The notes beneath the pieces are model-generated. The model searched no databases, was not told the DNA's origin, and saw nothing but the letters and a program-made list of their open reading frames with translations. Source: a virus (lineage: Duplodnaviria; Caudoviricetes). From it: a stretch of 64,000 nt of DNA. Both the position numbers and the translations under genes were made by a program. Location of the stretch: IMG/VR virus record IMGVR_UViG_3300032030_002802, positions 1-64,000 of that record, one strand, 5' to 3'. This document shows, in pieces, positions 9,797 to 18,717 of the stretch; positions within the stretch are counted from its first letter, which is position 1, and the number at the start of each line of letters is the position of its first letter.

Positions 9797-10414
9797 TCAC
9801 CCGTGCCACCGGCTGAGCTGCACGCGCTCCTTCCGCTTGGCGTTGTTGTACGCGCCGGCGCCGGGAGTGAGCAGGTTGGCCCACCTGAACCTCTGGTCGT
9901 AGTCGATCTGGTCCTGCGCGGTGCGGCCGCGCGTGAAGAAGGCCTTGCCGCGGCCTAGCATGTTCGCGAGCGCGCCGGCGGTGAGGCCGGCGACCGCGCC
10001 GATGCCCTTGCCCTTGATGCCGCGCAGCCTCAGCTTGCCGAGCCACCTGTTGGCGCGTCGCGAGCCGAGGGCTGCGCCGAGCGCGGTGCCCTCGCCGAGC
10101 GTGGCCCACTGGCCGAGGCGCTCCATGAAGTCGTTGCCGAACGCGCTGGTGCCGCCGCGAGCCGGGAAGTTCTCGGCGACCTGCTGCGGAAGCTGCTGCG
10201 GCTGCTGCCCCGGCTGCGGAACCGCCCGCTGCGGGGGCACGGGCGGCGCCGCCACCTTGGCCAGCGCCGCGGGGTCTACCCCCATGGCCTCCGCCGCCTT
10301 GCAGAAGCCGGCGGCGAACGCCTGCTCCTCGAGGGTGAACCGCGCCTCAGCGGCCTTCTGCTGGCGCATCCCGGCGACCACGCCGCGGATGGCATCTCTC
10401 GTCTCGTTGTTCAT
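9797..10414 (-). CDS. Shared-leader family protein (putative virion)
   Basis: AIRGVVAGMRQQKAA, GFCKAAEAMGVDPAAL, Gly-zipper-like segment. Confidence 0.7.
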   Translation of the reverse strand: MNNETRDAIRGVVAGMRQQKAAEARFTLEEQAFAAGFCKAAEAMGVDPAALAKVAAPPVPPQRAVPQPGQQPQQLPQQVAENFPARGGTSAFGNDFMERLGQWATLGEGTALGAALGSRRANRWLGKLRLRGIKGKGIGAVAGLTAGALANMLGRGKAFFTRGRTAQDQIDYDQRFRWANLLTPGAGAYNNAKRKERVQLSRWHG

Positions 10415-10463
10415 CGACTGTTCTCCTTGTCTGTTGTTCACGGTCTACAATCCTCGCGGCATG

Positions 10464-11489
10464 CTATTTAAGCCCAGCCTGCTGGTATCTGCCCTTCCAT
10501 CCCAGCTCCCCGAGCGCGTCTATGATCTCGTCGGACGGGCGTTTGCGGAACAGGCGGATGCGTTTAAGCGCGTCGGGGCCGCTCTCGACGCTCTTGATCG
10601 CGGCTGACATTCCTCCCGGATTCTCCCGCGTGTAGGCGGACAACGGCAGGTGGAACAGCTCGCGCCTCTTCATGAACGGCAGATCGCTGGCCGGGACAAG
10701 CGTCTCGAAATTCCACGGGCCTATGTTCGGACGGCCTTTCATCTCCATCCTGCTGTACAGGTCGTATGTCTTGTCCATCTCGCCAAGCAGTGCCTTTATC
10801 GGATTACCCCCGGCCCTCTGGGTATTGGGGCCGAGCATCATGTGCGGGGCGAACGGGGAATACCCGTTGACCACGGCCTGGCTATCGGCGCCGTCAAGTA
10901 TGCTGAACAGGCCGAGGCGGCGCCGCTCGTCGGTAAACCCATTCCTGTGGGCGTAGAAGTCGGCCACGTGAGGGCTGCGCGTAGCGGTCACTCCCCAGCT
11001 GAAATCGACCTTGGGGTCTATCCCGTCCGCACGCATGTCCCACCCGGGCTTCCGGCTGTTGCGGAATATCGCCTGCCGCAGGGCCTTCGGAGCCCCGGCC
11101 ACCCGCTTCGCGACCGAATCCGCCGGGTCTCCGCCCCTGAACAGCGGGAACCTGATCCCCTCCTCCCTGATAACGCGTGCCGCGCTTACCGGCCTGTTCT
11201 TGGTCTTCGCGAACAGCTTAGCCAGCTTGCGCCCCACGACATGGTTGCGCAACTTCACGTCAAGTTCGTCCGCAATGAACCCCAGACTCGGCTTATCGCT
11301 GCTATACACCCCAGGAACCCGCGGCTTGGGCACGTACGTGCGCATCTTGGAGGAGAGCACCCTGCGGGCGACCTCCGCAACACCGCCCTTCGACCGCAGC
11401 ATCTCCTTCACGATGCGAGTGCTGGCCCGCTTCTCGCCGCGCATCCCGGCCACCATTCCGAGCACGCATTCTCTGATCTCGTTGCTCAT
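10464..11489 (-). CDS. Shared-leader protein with possible ART-like cargo
   Basis: VLGMVAGMRGEKRA; LFRGG..TATRSPHVADFY..FETLV. Confidence 0.6.
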   Translation of the reverse strand: MSNEIRECVLGMVAGMRGEKRASTRIVKEMLRSKGGVAEVARRVLSSKMRTYVPKPRVPGVYSSDKPSLGFIADELDVKLRNHVVGRKLAKLFAKTKNRPVSAARVIREEGIRFPLFRGGDPADSVAKRVAGAPKALRQAIFRNSRKPGWDMRADGIDPKVDFSWGVTATRSPHVADFYAHRNGFTDERRRLGLFSILDGADSQAVVNGYSPFAPHMMLGPNTQRAGGNPIKALLGEMDKTYDLYSRMEMKGRPNIGPWNFETLVPASDLPFMKRRELFHLPLSAYTRENPGGMSAAIKSVESGPDALKRIRLFRKRPSDEIIDALGELGWKGRYQQAGLK

Positions 11490-12340
11490 GCCTCCACCCC
11501 CTTGTAGGGCGACACCGAGTCGACCTTGACCCACCTGTCACAGACCACGTCGGTAATTCCCGGACGCACGACCCGCCACGGCTCGGGGGCAACCACGATG
11601 CCGCTGTCGGCCAGCCCGAGCCACGCAGCCCACCAATTGAAGGTGGAGTTGGGTATGATCGCGTGCCTGCACCTGCCCATGAGCTGCAGCTGCCACCACG
11701 GTGGCTGGACGCACCCGACAACCTCCGCGTCCGGAATCCGGCCGAACGTCCGCTCGCACCACGCCGCGTCGTCGCCGAACACGAAGAAACGGCACCCCGG
11801 CACATGTGCGCGCATGTAGTCCATCGCCCTGGGATAGTAATGCGGCCCGACCGTCCAGCGGATTCTGAGGAAGTCCGTTCGCCTCGTGCCCACCATGACC
11901 GAACCCGGCCTGTCGATGCGCGACAGCAGCCCGGCATACCTCTCCCGCAGATCAACCGGCCACGGAAGGGCGAGCTCCCTCCGCAGCGTATCGGAGATGT
12001 CCACGAAATAATGCTCGTTCGCAAAATACCCCGTAATGTAAGCAGGAGTCTCGGTAAACAACTGAGGCAGGTACTTGTCTGCCTTGCCGCGGACGTCAAT
12101 GCGCCGGAGGCCAGCATGGCTCCACCTCATACGCGAGCCGAACCGCGCCATGATGCCCGGAAACCAGTCCCGGAGCATCGGCTGGATCCGACTGTCGTCA
12201 TATACAACCGGGACCCCTGTCCGAATCTCGAGCGCCCGGCCGAACGCGTACTGGAAAAGCTGGTTCCCGAGCCGGCCGGACATACGGACGCAGTGGTGCG
12301 GCGTGGTCCTCGGAACTTGCGTGGCTGTGCTGTCGCTCAT
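11486..12340 (-). CDS. Alpha-1,2-fucosyltransferase (GT11)
   Basis: GRLGNQLFQYA, GYFANEHYF, RRTDF, FFVFGDD, HAIIPNSTFNWWAAWL. Confidence 0.92.
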   Translation of the reverse strand: MSDSTATQVPRTTPHHCVRMSGRLGNQLFQYAFGRALEIRTGVPVVYDDSRIQPMLRDWFPGIMARFGSRMRWSHAGLRRIDVRGKADKYLPQLFTETPAYITGYFANEHYFVDISDTLRRELALPWPVDLRERYAGLLSRIDRPGSVMVGTRRTDFLRIRWTVGPHYYPRAMDYMRAHVPGCRFFVFGDDAAWCERTFGRIPDAEVVGCVQPPWWQLQLMGRCRHAIIPNSTFNWWAAWLGLADSGIVVAPEPWRVVRPGITDVVCDRWVKVDSVSPYKGVEA

Positions 12341-12343
12341 GCC

Positions 12344-14095
12344 TTATCCTCCCTGCGCCTGCTGCTGCAGCACCATGTCCCTCCCCTGGAGCGCGGCCTG
12401 GTTGCGCATCTCGTCCATCCTCTGGATGACGAGCGCGTGCAGCGTCGGGTTCGAGTGCTTGATCTTGATGAGCTCGCTCCTGCGCATCGACTCCGGCGTC
12501 TGGGTGAGGAGCTGCTGCGCGAGGGCGCCGGCCTGCTCGTACACGTCGCCAGGAGTCGCGCCAACGACCGCCCCGGGCCCGGCGTTCTCGCCGCCGCTGC
12601 CGTCGAGCTGCTGCGCGGACTGCTCCTCCATGGCCTTCTGCTGCAGGCGCTGGATCTCCTGCTGCTCCTTGACGACGCGCTCCTGCTCGGCCATGTAGTC
12701 GATGCCGAGCGGCCTGTACGCTGTCTGCTTGGAGATGTCCTGCCCCGCGGCGGCCTGCATCATCAGCGCCTTGCGCTCGAGGTCGTCGGCGAGCGTGACC
12801 GGCCTGAGGTGCGCCTCGACCTTGTCTGACCAGCGGAAGTAGCGGCCGACGATCCTGACGATCCACGTGATGATGCTGCCGTAGCCGTTCACGAGGTGCG
12901 ACCACTCCTTCTCGAAGAGGCGCAGCGCCACCGGCGCGGCCTGCAGCGACAGGGAGCCCTTGTAGAGCTCCGCCGGGTAGCCCATGGACGTGAACAGCTC
13001 GTCGAGGGCGAGCTGTATGCTCTCCTTCGGAGACAGGCTCTTCGCCTCGCCGCCGAGCATCTGGTAGCCGATCGCGAACGGGGCGACCTGGACGTCGGTC
13101 ATCTGCTTGCGGTGGTTCTCCACCATCTGCTGCATCTGGCTGACGAACGTGCCCATGTTCATGAGCGACAGGGCGTCCTGGTTCGTGGTGGACTGGGCCT
13201 GAGGGAACAGGACGCGGAACGGCACGACGTAGTCGAGCGTGATCGCCTCGTCGTACCTGCGCAGGAGCTGTATGTAGTACGCGAGCTTGAAGTTGGGCAG
13301 CATCGGCGGGAGGCCGAGGCCGCGGATCGGGAGGCCCGCGAGGCTGCCCGCCCTGAGGTGGAACAGCGAGCCGTCCTTGAACTTGAAGAGGTTGTCCGAC
13401 GGCCTGAGGGCCGTCTCGATCATCGACCACGGCGTGTCGTTCAGATAGAACGGGTTGCCGTCCTTTATCTTGGCGCAGAACTGCGGGTCCATCTCCAGGT
13501 AGTACTCGGTGCGGCCGCTGATCGGGTGGACGCGCACCTTTATGCGCTTGGGGTTCCAGCGGATGAGCTTCACCCGGTCGATGTCGGGCGAGCGCCTGTC
13601 CCGGTGCCCGAACGCCACCTCGGCGTCGCACTTCGGGCAGTGGCCGGTGAACTCGCCCTTCTTGAACTTGTAGGGGATGGCGTCGCAGTGGTACTCTGTC
13701 TGGCAGCCGGGGCAGACGAGCATGCGGTCGAACGGCAGGAACAGGGACAGGTACACGTTCCCGTAAGTGATGAAGTCGTCGCCTATCTCCCCGAGCGTCT
13801 CGATGAGCTTCATCTTGTCGTCGAGGAAGGTCTCGTACTTCTCGCGGTCCTTGTCCTCCTCGCCCTCGACCACTATCTCGGTCAGGAAGTACCGGACCAC
13901 CCGGCCCGTAACCGCGCGGAACGGGGCCATGGTGGTCATGAGGAACTCGCAGAGCTCGTATATCTGGTTGATGTCGGACGGGACGTACTCCGACGCGATG
14001 TCGAAGAACGGGTTGGGGTACTTGTCAGCCCCCGAGCGGGTTATCCCGCTGTACCCGGCGTACCCTACCGCCGCTCCTGTGTTCTGAACTGCCAT
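12344..14095 (-). CDS. Putative large-phage portal protein with Zn-ribbon insertion
   Basis: 583 aa; DFITYGN motif, CPGC/CPKC, helical Gln-rich C-terminus; recalled resemblance only. Confidence 0.55.
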   Translation of the reverse strand: MAVQNTGAAVGYAGYSGITRSGADKYPNPFFDIASEYVPSDINQIYELCEFLMTTMAPFRAVTGRVVRYFLTEIVVEGEEDKDREKYETFLDDKMKLIETLGEIGDDFITYGNVYLSLFLPFDRMLVCPGCQTEYHCDAIPYKFKKGEFTGHCPKCDAEVAFGHRDRRSPDIDRVKLIRWNPKRIKVRVHPISGRTEYYLEMDPQFCAKIKDGNPFYLNDTPWSMIETALRPSDNLFKFKDGSLFHLRAGSLAGLPIRGLGLPPMLPNFKLAYYIQLLRRYDEAITLDYVVPFRVLFPQAQSTTNQDALSLMNMGTFVSQMQQMVENHRKQMTDVQVAPFAIGYQMLGGEAKSLSPKESIQLALDELFTSMGYPAELYKGSLSLQAAPVALRLFEKEWSHLVNGYGSIITWIVRIVGRYFRWSDKVEAHLRPVTLADDLERKALMMQAAAGQDISKQTAYRPLGIDYMAEQERVVKEQQEIQRLQQKAMEEQSAQQLDGSGGENAGPGAVVGATPGDVYEQAGALAQQLLTQTPESMRRSELIKIKHSNPTLHALVIQRMDEMRNQAALQGRDMVLQQQAQGG

Positions 14096-14122
14096 CTGTC
14101 GGCGTCCCCTCGGCGGATCCGG

Positions 14123-14311
14123 CTAGCACATGTTCTCGGTGACGGGACGGCGGTTGTGGCGCCTGAGGCCCAAGTTGGCCGTGGCCACGCCAAGACCCCG
14201 GCCGGCGCCGGCCTTGGCGAAATGCTCCGCGCCGGCGTCGATCACGTCGTCGATCTCGGCCGCGTCGCCCGCGGCCTTCTTACGCTCAACTGCGTTCTGC
14301 TTCTCCATCAT
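14123..14311 (-). CDS. Hypothetical protein
   Basis: AGGAG RBS; EKQN/KKAA/AKAG motifs. Confidence 0.55.
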   Translation of the reverse strand: MMEKQNAVERKKAAGDAAEIDDVIDAGAEHFAKAGAGRGLGVATANLGLRRHNRRPVTENMC

Positions 14312-15569
14312 GGTCTGCTCCTTCGTTGCCGACCGACAGCCAGAAGAGTGCTATGAAGTCCTGGCTGTCCGGTTCGGCGTATATTTTAGCACAACGACCA
14401 TGATACTCGCAAGATGTCCTTTTCTCCCCGGATAGGACAACCATCGGGCCGGGCTTGATCCCCACCATCAGCTCGGACGCGTACGACGGGTCGCTGACCG
14501 TCAGCACGGCCGAACGTCCCTGGCGGCCTGGGTGCAGCCGCCCCATGATCCGGCACTCCCAGCGTTCCCCTCCGACCTTGAGCCGCTCCTCCGGGATGGC
14601 CAGGGCGACGCGCACGGTCTCGCCCAGCGCCGAGCGCCTCAGCTCCTCCTCGGCCCGGGCGCGATAGGCGTCGCGCTCCCTGGCCCCCTCGAGCTGGCTC
14701 GACAGGTCGGCGACCTGCGCCTCGAGCTCCGCCGCGCGCTGCAGCAGGGCCGCGTGGTCCCCCGCCAGCTTGGTCATCGCGGCGACCACGTCTCCGGACG
14801 CAGTGAGCTCCCGCGCGCGAGGCCGGGCGGGGGCGGCGGCGATGCCCCGCAGCGTCCCCCGCAGCCCCTCCAGGGCCTCCTCCCGGCCCGGCAGGTCCGT
14901 CTCCCCGGTTCCGGGCGCAGGGCCCGACAGCCCGTCGTAGAACCCGTCCAGCGTGTCGTCGTCGGCCGGGGCCTCCGCCCGGCGCGAAAACATCCCCGGG
15001 TCGTCAGGATCCCGCAGGACCGGCCGCTCCGGCCCGGGGCGGCCGGGACGGTACGCCCTCGGGGGGACGAAGCCGGCCCCTGGCAGTATGCGCCCCCGCA
15101 CCCTGTGCGGCTGCAGCGTCGGGACGGGCGTATCCCCGTGCCCGGGCTGGACCCCGCGGCCGGCGCCGATCGCACGGGCCGGACGGGCTTGGCGTCCGGG
15201 CCTTGACGGTGCAGGCGGAGGGGCCGGGTCGGGCGGCCGTGGCCGCGGGGGTGGGGGTGTGCGGCGTCCTGCGCCCTCCCCGGTCCCCTCCGCCTGCGAA
15301 TAGTACTCCCTGTACCGCTCGGCCTCGGTGCGGCCGTCGTAGCGGGCCGCGTCGGCCCGCTTCGCCGTGTCCTTCGTGTCGATGTGGCGCATGCCCTTCG
15401 GGACGATGCCGTTCACCGCGGCCACGCCCGGGGCTATTATGCCGTCCCTGCCGCCGTAGGCGTCGGCGCGGGGGCACACGAAGCCGGGGAGGCCGCCGGC
15501 GGTCGGCGGCTCCCCGGAATATCCCCTGTCGCGGGGCAGGCGCGTCACGAGGCCGTCCACGTCAGGCAT
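14286..15569 (-). CDS. Pro-rich hypothetical protein with coiled coil
   Basis: 427-aa coupled ORF. Confidence 0.6.
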   Translation of the reverse strand: MPDVDGLVTRLPRDRGYSGEPPTAGGLPGFVCPRADAYGGRDGIIAPGVAAVNGIVPKGMRHIDTKDTAKRADAARYDGRTEAERYREYYSQAEGTGEGAGRRTPPPPRPRPPDPAPPPAPSRPGRQARPARAIGAGRGVQPGHGDTPVPTLQPHRVRGRILPGAGFVPPRAYRPGRPGPERPVLRDPDDPGMFSRRAEAPADDDTLDGFYDGLSGPAPGTGETDLPGREEALEGLRGTLRGIAAAPARPRARELTASGDVVAAMTKLAGDHAALLQRAAELEAQVADLSSQLEGARERDAYRARAEEELRRSALGETVRVALAIPEERLKVGGERWECRIMGRLHPGRQGRSAVLTVSDPSYASELMVGIKPGPMVVLSGEKRTSCEYHGRCAKIYAEPDSQDFIALFWLSVGNEGADHDGEAERS

Positions 15570-15885
15570 CGCGGGCCCCCTTCCCCGCGTACACCGACAC
15601 GTGGTCGTAGTGCAGGTACGCGTTCAGGCGGTACTCCCCGACGGCGGCGACGTACGTCACCTCGTAGCGCACGCGCCCGTTGAGCGTGGTGGACATGATC
15701 CACCTCCGCACCCCGTCGCCGGACTCCATCTGGCACTCGACGCGCACCTCGAGGCAGACGGGGGACACGGCCGAGGTCAGGAGCGCGTGGCGCCGCACGA
15801 GCTCGACGGCGGCCGCGTCCCTGTCCTCCGGAAGCGGGTCGCCCATCGGCGCGGGCGACACGGGCACTGCGAGCGGCTCAGGCAT
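15562..15885 (-). CDS. DUF6275-like paralog 3 (divergent)
   Basis: WIMSTTL..RYEVTY..YRLNAY. Confidence 0.7.
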   Translation of the reverse strand: MPEPLAVPVSPAPMGDPLPEDRDAAAVELVRRHALLTSAVSPVCLEVRVECQMESGDGVRRWIMSTTLNGRVRYEVTYVAAVGEYRLNAYLHYDHVSVYAGKGARDA

Positions 15886-16156
15886 CTGCCGGCGCCTCCT
15901 CGATGCAGCGGTTCTCGAACTTCTTGTACGCGTCGAGGTAGTACCTCGCCTTCGCGGCGTCGTACGTGACCTCGTAGTACATCCCGTCCGGGAGCGTCGT
16001 GGAGAGGAGCCACTTCGCGTTCCCGAGGACGTGGCACTGCCACACGACGTACACGTCGAAGGCGGCGGCCGGGTCAGACCTGTCGAGGTGCCCCTTCACG
16101 TAGCCGCGGACTATCTCCGCGGCGGCTGCGTTGCGGTCCGGGTGCATGTCAGGCAT
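15878..16156 (-). CDS. DUF6275-like phage protein
   Basis: DVYVVWQC..LSTTLPDGMYYEVTY..LDAYKKFENRCI. Confidence 0.85.
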   Translation of the reverse strand: MPDMHPDRNAAAAEIVRGYVKGHLDRSDPAAAFDVYVVWQCHVLGNAKWLLSTTLPDGMYYEVTYDAAKARYYLDAYKKFENRCIEEAPADA

Positions 16157-16463
16157 ACCCCCTCTCCTCGTCGACGCAGACGTCGTCGGACTTGTCGTAG
16201 ACGTCGAGGTAGTACTGCGCCTTGGACGCGCTGTACGCGACCTCGTAGTACCGCCCGTCGCGCAGGGTCGTCGTCATCAGCCACTTCGCGTTGCCGAGGA
16301 CGTGGCACTGCCACACCACCTGCACGTCGAAGTCGTCGAAGCCCTCCGTGTCCTTGACGTGGCTGCAGGCGTACCTGCGCACGAGCTCCGCGGCCGCCGC
16401 GTTGCGGTCGCGCGGGAGCTCCTCGTCCATCGGATAGCACTTGTGCCTGTCCGGATCCCCCAT
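16149..16463 (-). CDS. DUF6275-like paralog 1
   Basis: VVWQCHVLGNAKWLMTTTLRDGRYYEV. Confidence 0.8.
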   Translation of the reverse strand: MGDPDRHKCYPMDEELPRDRNAAAAELVRRYACSHVKDTEGFDDFDVQVVWQCHVLGNAKWLMTTTLRDGRYYEVAYSASKAQYYLDVYDKSDDVCVDEERGYA

Positions 16464-16464
16464 G

Positions 16465-16953
16465 TCAGGCCCCCTTCCCGGACTTCTTCGCGGGCTTCGC
16501 CGACTTCTCCGGCTTCGCAAGGTCGACGTTGCCGCCGCCCTTCGGCGCGAGCGTGCACAGGACGTCCATGAGGTCGTCGAGGACGTCGACGTTCACGTCG
16601 AACACCTCGAACCCGCAGTCCGCCGTGAGCCGCCGCAGGGCCTCGAAGTACGAGGACTGCCTGCCCGGGCCGTTGAGGCCCATCGCCAGGTGGACGATCG
16701 TGGACCGGCCGCAGGGCTCGCCAGGGACGGACGTCTCCGCCCTGTACACGCGGTACACGCACAGGTTGTTCGACTGGTCGGACACGCGCTTCACGAGCTC
16801 CTTCGCCCGCTTGGTGTCGACGCACTTCCGCGACAGCTGCTCCACCGACTTGACGTCGCCGAACCGCGCCACGAGATACTCCGGGGATCCCCAGGCGGGG
16901 GCCGGCTTCTTCTTGGCAGCCCCCTTTCTGCTTGGACTCTTAGTTGCCATCAC
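16465..16953 (-). CDS. Hypothetical protein
   Basis: RBS, coupled ORF. Confidence 0.65.
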   Translation of the reverse strand: MMATKSPSRKGAAKKKPAPAWGSPEYLVARFGDVKSVEQLSRKCVDTKRAKELVKRVSDQSNNLCVYRVYRAETSVPGEPCGRSTIVHLAMGLNGPGRQSSYFEALRRLTADCGFEVFDVNVDVLDDLMDVLCTLAPKGGGNVDLAKPEKSAKPAKKSGKGA

Positions 16954-17513
16954 TTTGCTCCTTTTGACTTTGGCTGTTCATCTCCGGCCCGTCCCGTCTG
17001 TCCCGCCCGTCCCGCCTGTCCAGCCCCGAACGCCTTGACCGCCCTGTTGTGGCGGACTATGTCGGCAAGCGACTTCGGCCTGTCGTCGGCTATCAGGTCC
17101 TCCCGCGTGACCGGCTTCTCGGCCCTGGCGACGGGGGCGACCTTCGCCCGCGCGCCGGCCCCCGGCACCTTGAAGTGCCCCATCCGGGCCATGTTGGCCT
17201 TCACGGCCTCGTCGTCCGCCCTGCGGCGCTCCTCCAGCTTCCTCTCGGCCTTCTCGGCCGCGGCCTTCCTGGCCTCCTGCGTCCTGCGCTCGGACTCGGC
17301 GCGCTCCCCGGCCGTGGGGAGGACGGCGCTGCCGGGTATGTGCGGCTCGCCGTCCTGCGACTCCCACGCAAGGGCCCCGTTGTTCATCGCCATGCGGACC
17401 GCGCGGTTGTCCCGCACCTCCAGCCACGGCGCGATGAAGCGCTCGCCGGGCGCCACCGAGCGGTGGACGCACTGCATGTACATGTCGGCCCCGGTCAGGT
17501 TCGTGAATATCAT
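16950..17513 (-). CDS. Hypothetical protein
   Basis: ATGA coupling, coiled coil. Confidence 0.65.
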   Translation of the reverse strand: MIFTNLTGADMYMQCVHRSVAPGERFIAPWLEVRDNRAVRMAMNNGALAWESQDGEPHIPGSAVLPTAGERAESERRTQEARKAAAEKAERKLEERRRADDEAVKANMARMGHFKVPGAGARAKVAPVARAEKPVTREDLIADDRPKSLADIVRHNRAVKAFGAGQAGRAGQTGRAGDEQPKSKGAK

Positions 17514-18064
17514 GACAGCGCCGCCATGTTCGCGTCAACGATGTCGCTGATCTCGCGCGCCATGCGGGCGAGCAGCAGTCCGCGCCTGACCTGCCACGGG
17601 ATCGGGCTGTAGTCCGAAAGCGGGTCGACCTTCCCCCCGTCGACGACGGTGACCGTAGCAGTGCGGCCGTCCGGCAGGGCGATGGTGTGCCTGGTGACGC
17701 CGGGCTCGACCACGACCGGCCTGAGCTGGTTCCTGGCCAGCTCGACCAGCCTGCGGCCCAGGCTCTCGAAGAACGAGGCCGCCGGCTCCGGAAGCTGCGG
17801 CAGCGAGTAGCGCGGGCCGCAGCAGCCGCCATGGCAGCCGCCTCCGCACTTTGCCTGTTTCCCGGTTCCGGCGTTTTCCTGCTTGCGCTGGGCCTCGCGG
17901 ATGCGTGCCCTGCGCTCCCTGTCATGCTTGTTCTTGCGCTCCCGCTGCTCCGGTGTGAGCGGTTTCCTGGTATCCGTCTTGCCTGCTTTGCCCGTCTTGC
18001 CTGCTTTGCCCGTCTTGCCTGCTGCGGCCTTCCCGGCCGCTGGGTGCTTTGGTGTTTTCTGCAT
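17510..18064 (-). CDS. Hypothetical protein with AGKTGK repeats
   Basis: 18-bp tandem repeat near the N-terminus. Confidence 0.6.
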   Translation of the reverse strand: MQKTPKHPAAGKAAAGKTGKAGKTGKAGKTDTRKPLTPEQRERKNKHDRERRARIREAQRKQENAGTGKQAKCGGGCHGGCCGPRYSLPQLPEPAASFFESLGRRLVELARNQLRPVVVEPGVTRHTIALPDGRTATVTVVDGGKVDPLSDYSPIPWQVRRGLLLARMAREISDIVDANMAALS

Positions 18065-18328
18065 CTGATTGGATCCTTCTGTTGCGAGAACGGGAATGAG
18101 TGTACCACACTGGCCGGCGTGAAGTCAAGCATCTTCTGGAAAAATCTTTTCTGCCGATCTGCCGAAACTCGGGAGAAATCCCAAGGGGGACACGTTCGAC
18201 CCCCGAGCAGGGGGATCGAGCGAATGCGAGATCCCCCTGCGAGCGGGGTCAAAACGAGGGGGCTCCCCCGGGATTTCAAAAACGCCTGCAACCCGATTTC
18301 CGGGGACCCCAAAAACCCCGAAATCGAA

Positions 18329-18660
18329 TATAAAAACTTACTTACCCTGTTAGGGTAAGTTTTTATATTACCTGCGCGCGTACGTACGCGCGCGTGCACG
18401 CGCGCACGCGAGGACATGAGGTACAAAAAATTGTACCTAACGTACCAGAAAACTGTACCGAAGACACCAGAAAACTGTATTTTGTGTACACCGGTATGTT
18501 GAGTCCATTAAATACAATTTTTTGTACCTCATGTCTGACTCAAAAAACTGTACTTCATGGGTATCAGAAAACTGTACTTAGCATACCAACGGATTGTATC
18601 TTCGGTACCAAAGAATTGTACTTCATGAAATATAATTTTCTGCTTGCAACACGAATACAG
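18329..18660. repeat. AT-rich origin-like region with iteron-like repeats and palindromes
   Basis: About six AAAA(C/T)TGTA-like copies 18425-18621; hairpin ACTTACCCT-gtt-AGGGTAAGT; palindromes 18374-18393 and 18388-18405. Confidence 0.6.
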
Positions 18661-18673
18661 TTTTTGGTATACT
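18644..18673 (+). promoter_or_regulatory. Sigma70-like promoter
   Basis: TTGCAA-N18-TATACT with TGn extension. Confidence 0.55.
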
Positions 18674-18717
18674 ATGCGCGTTCACGGAAAACAAGGTCTA
18701 CACGGAGGAAAAACACC

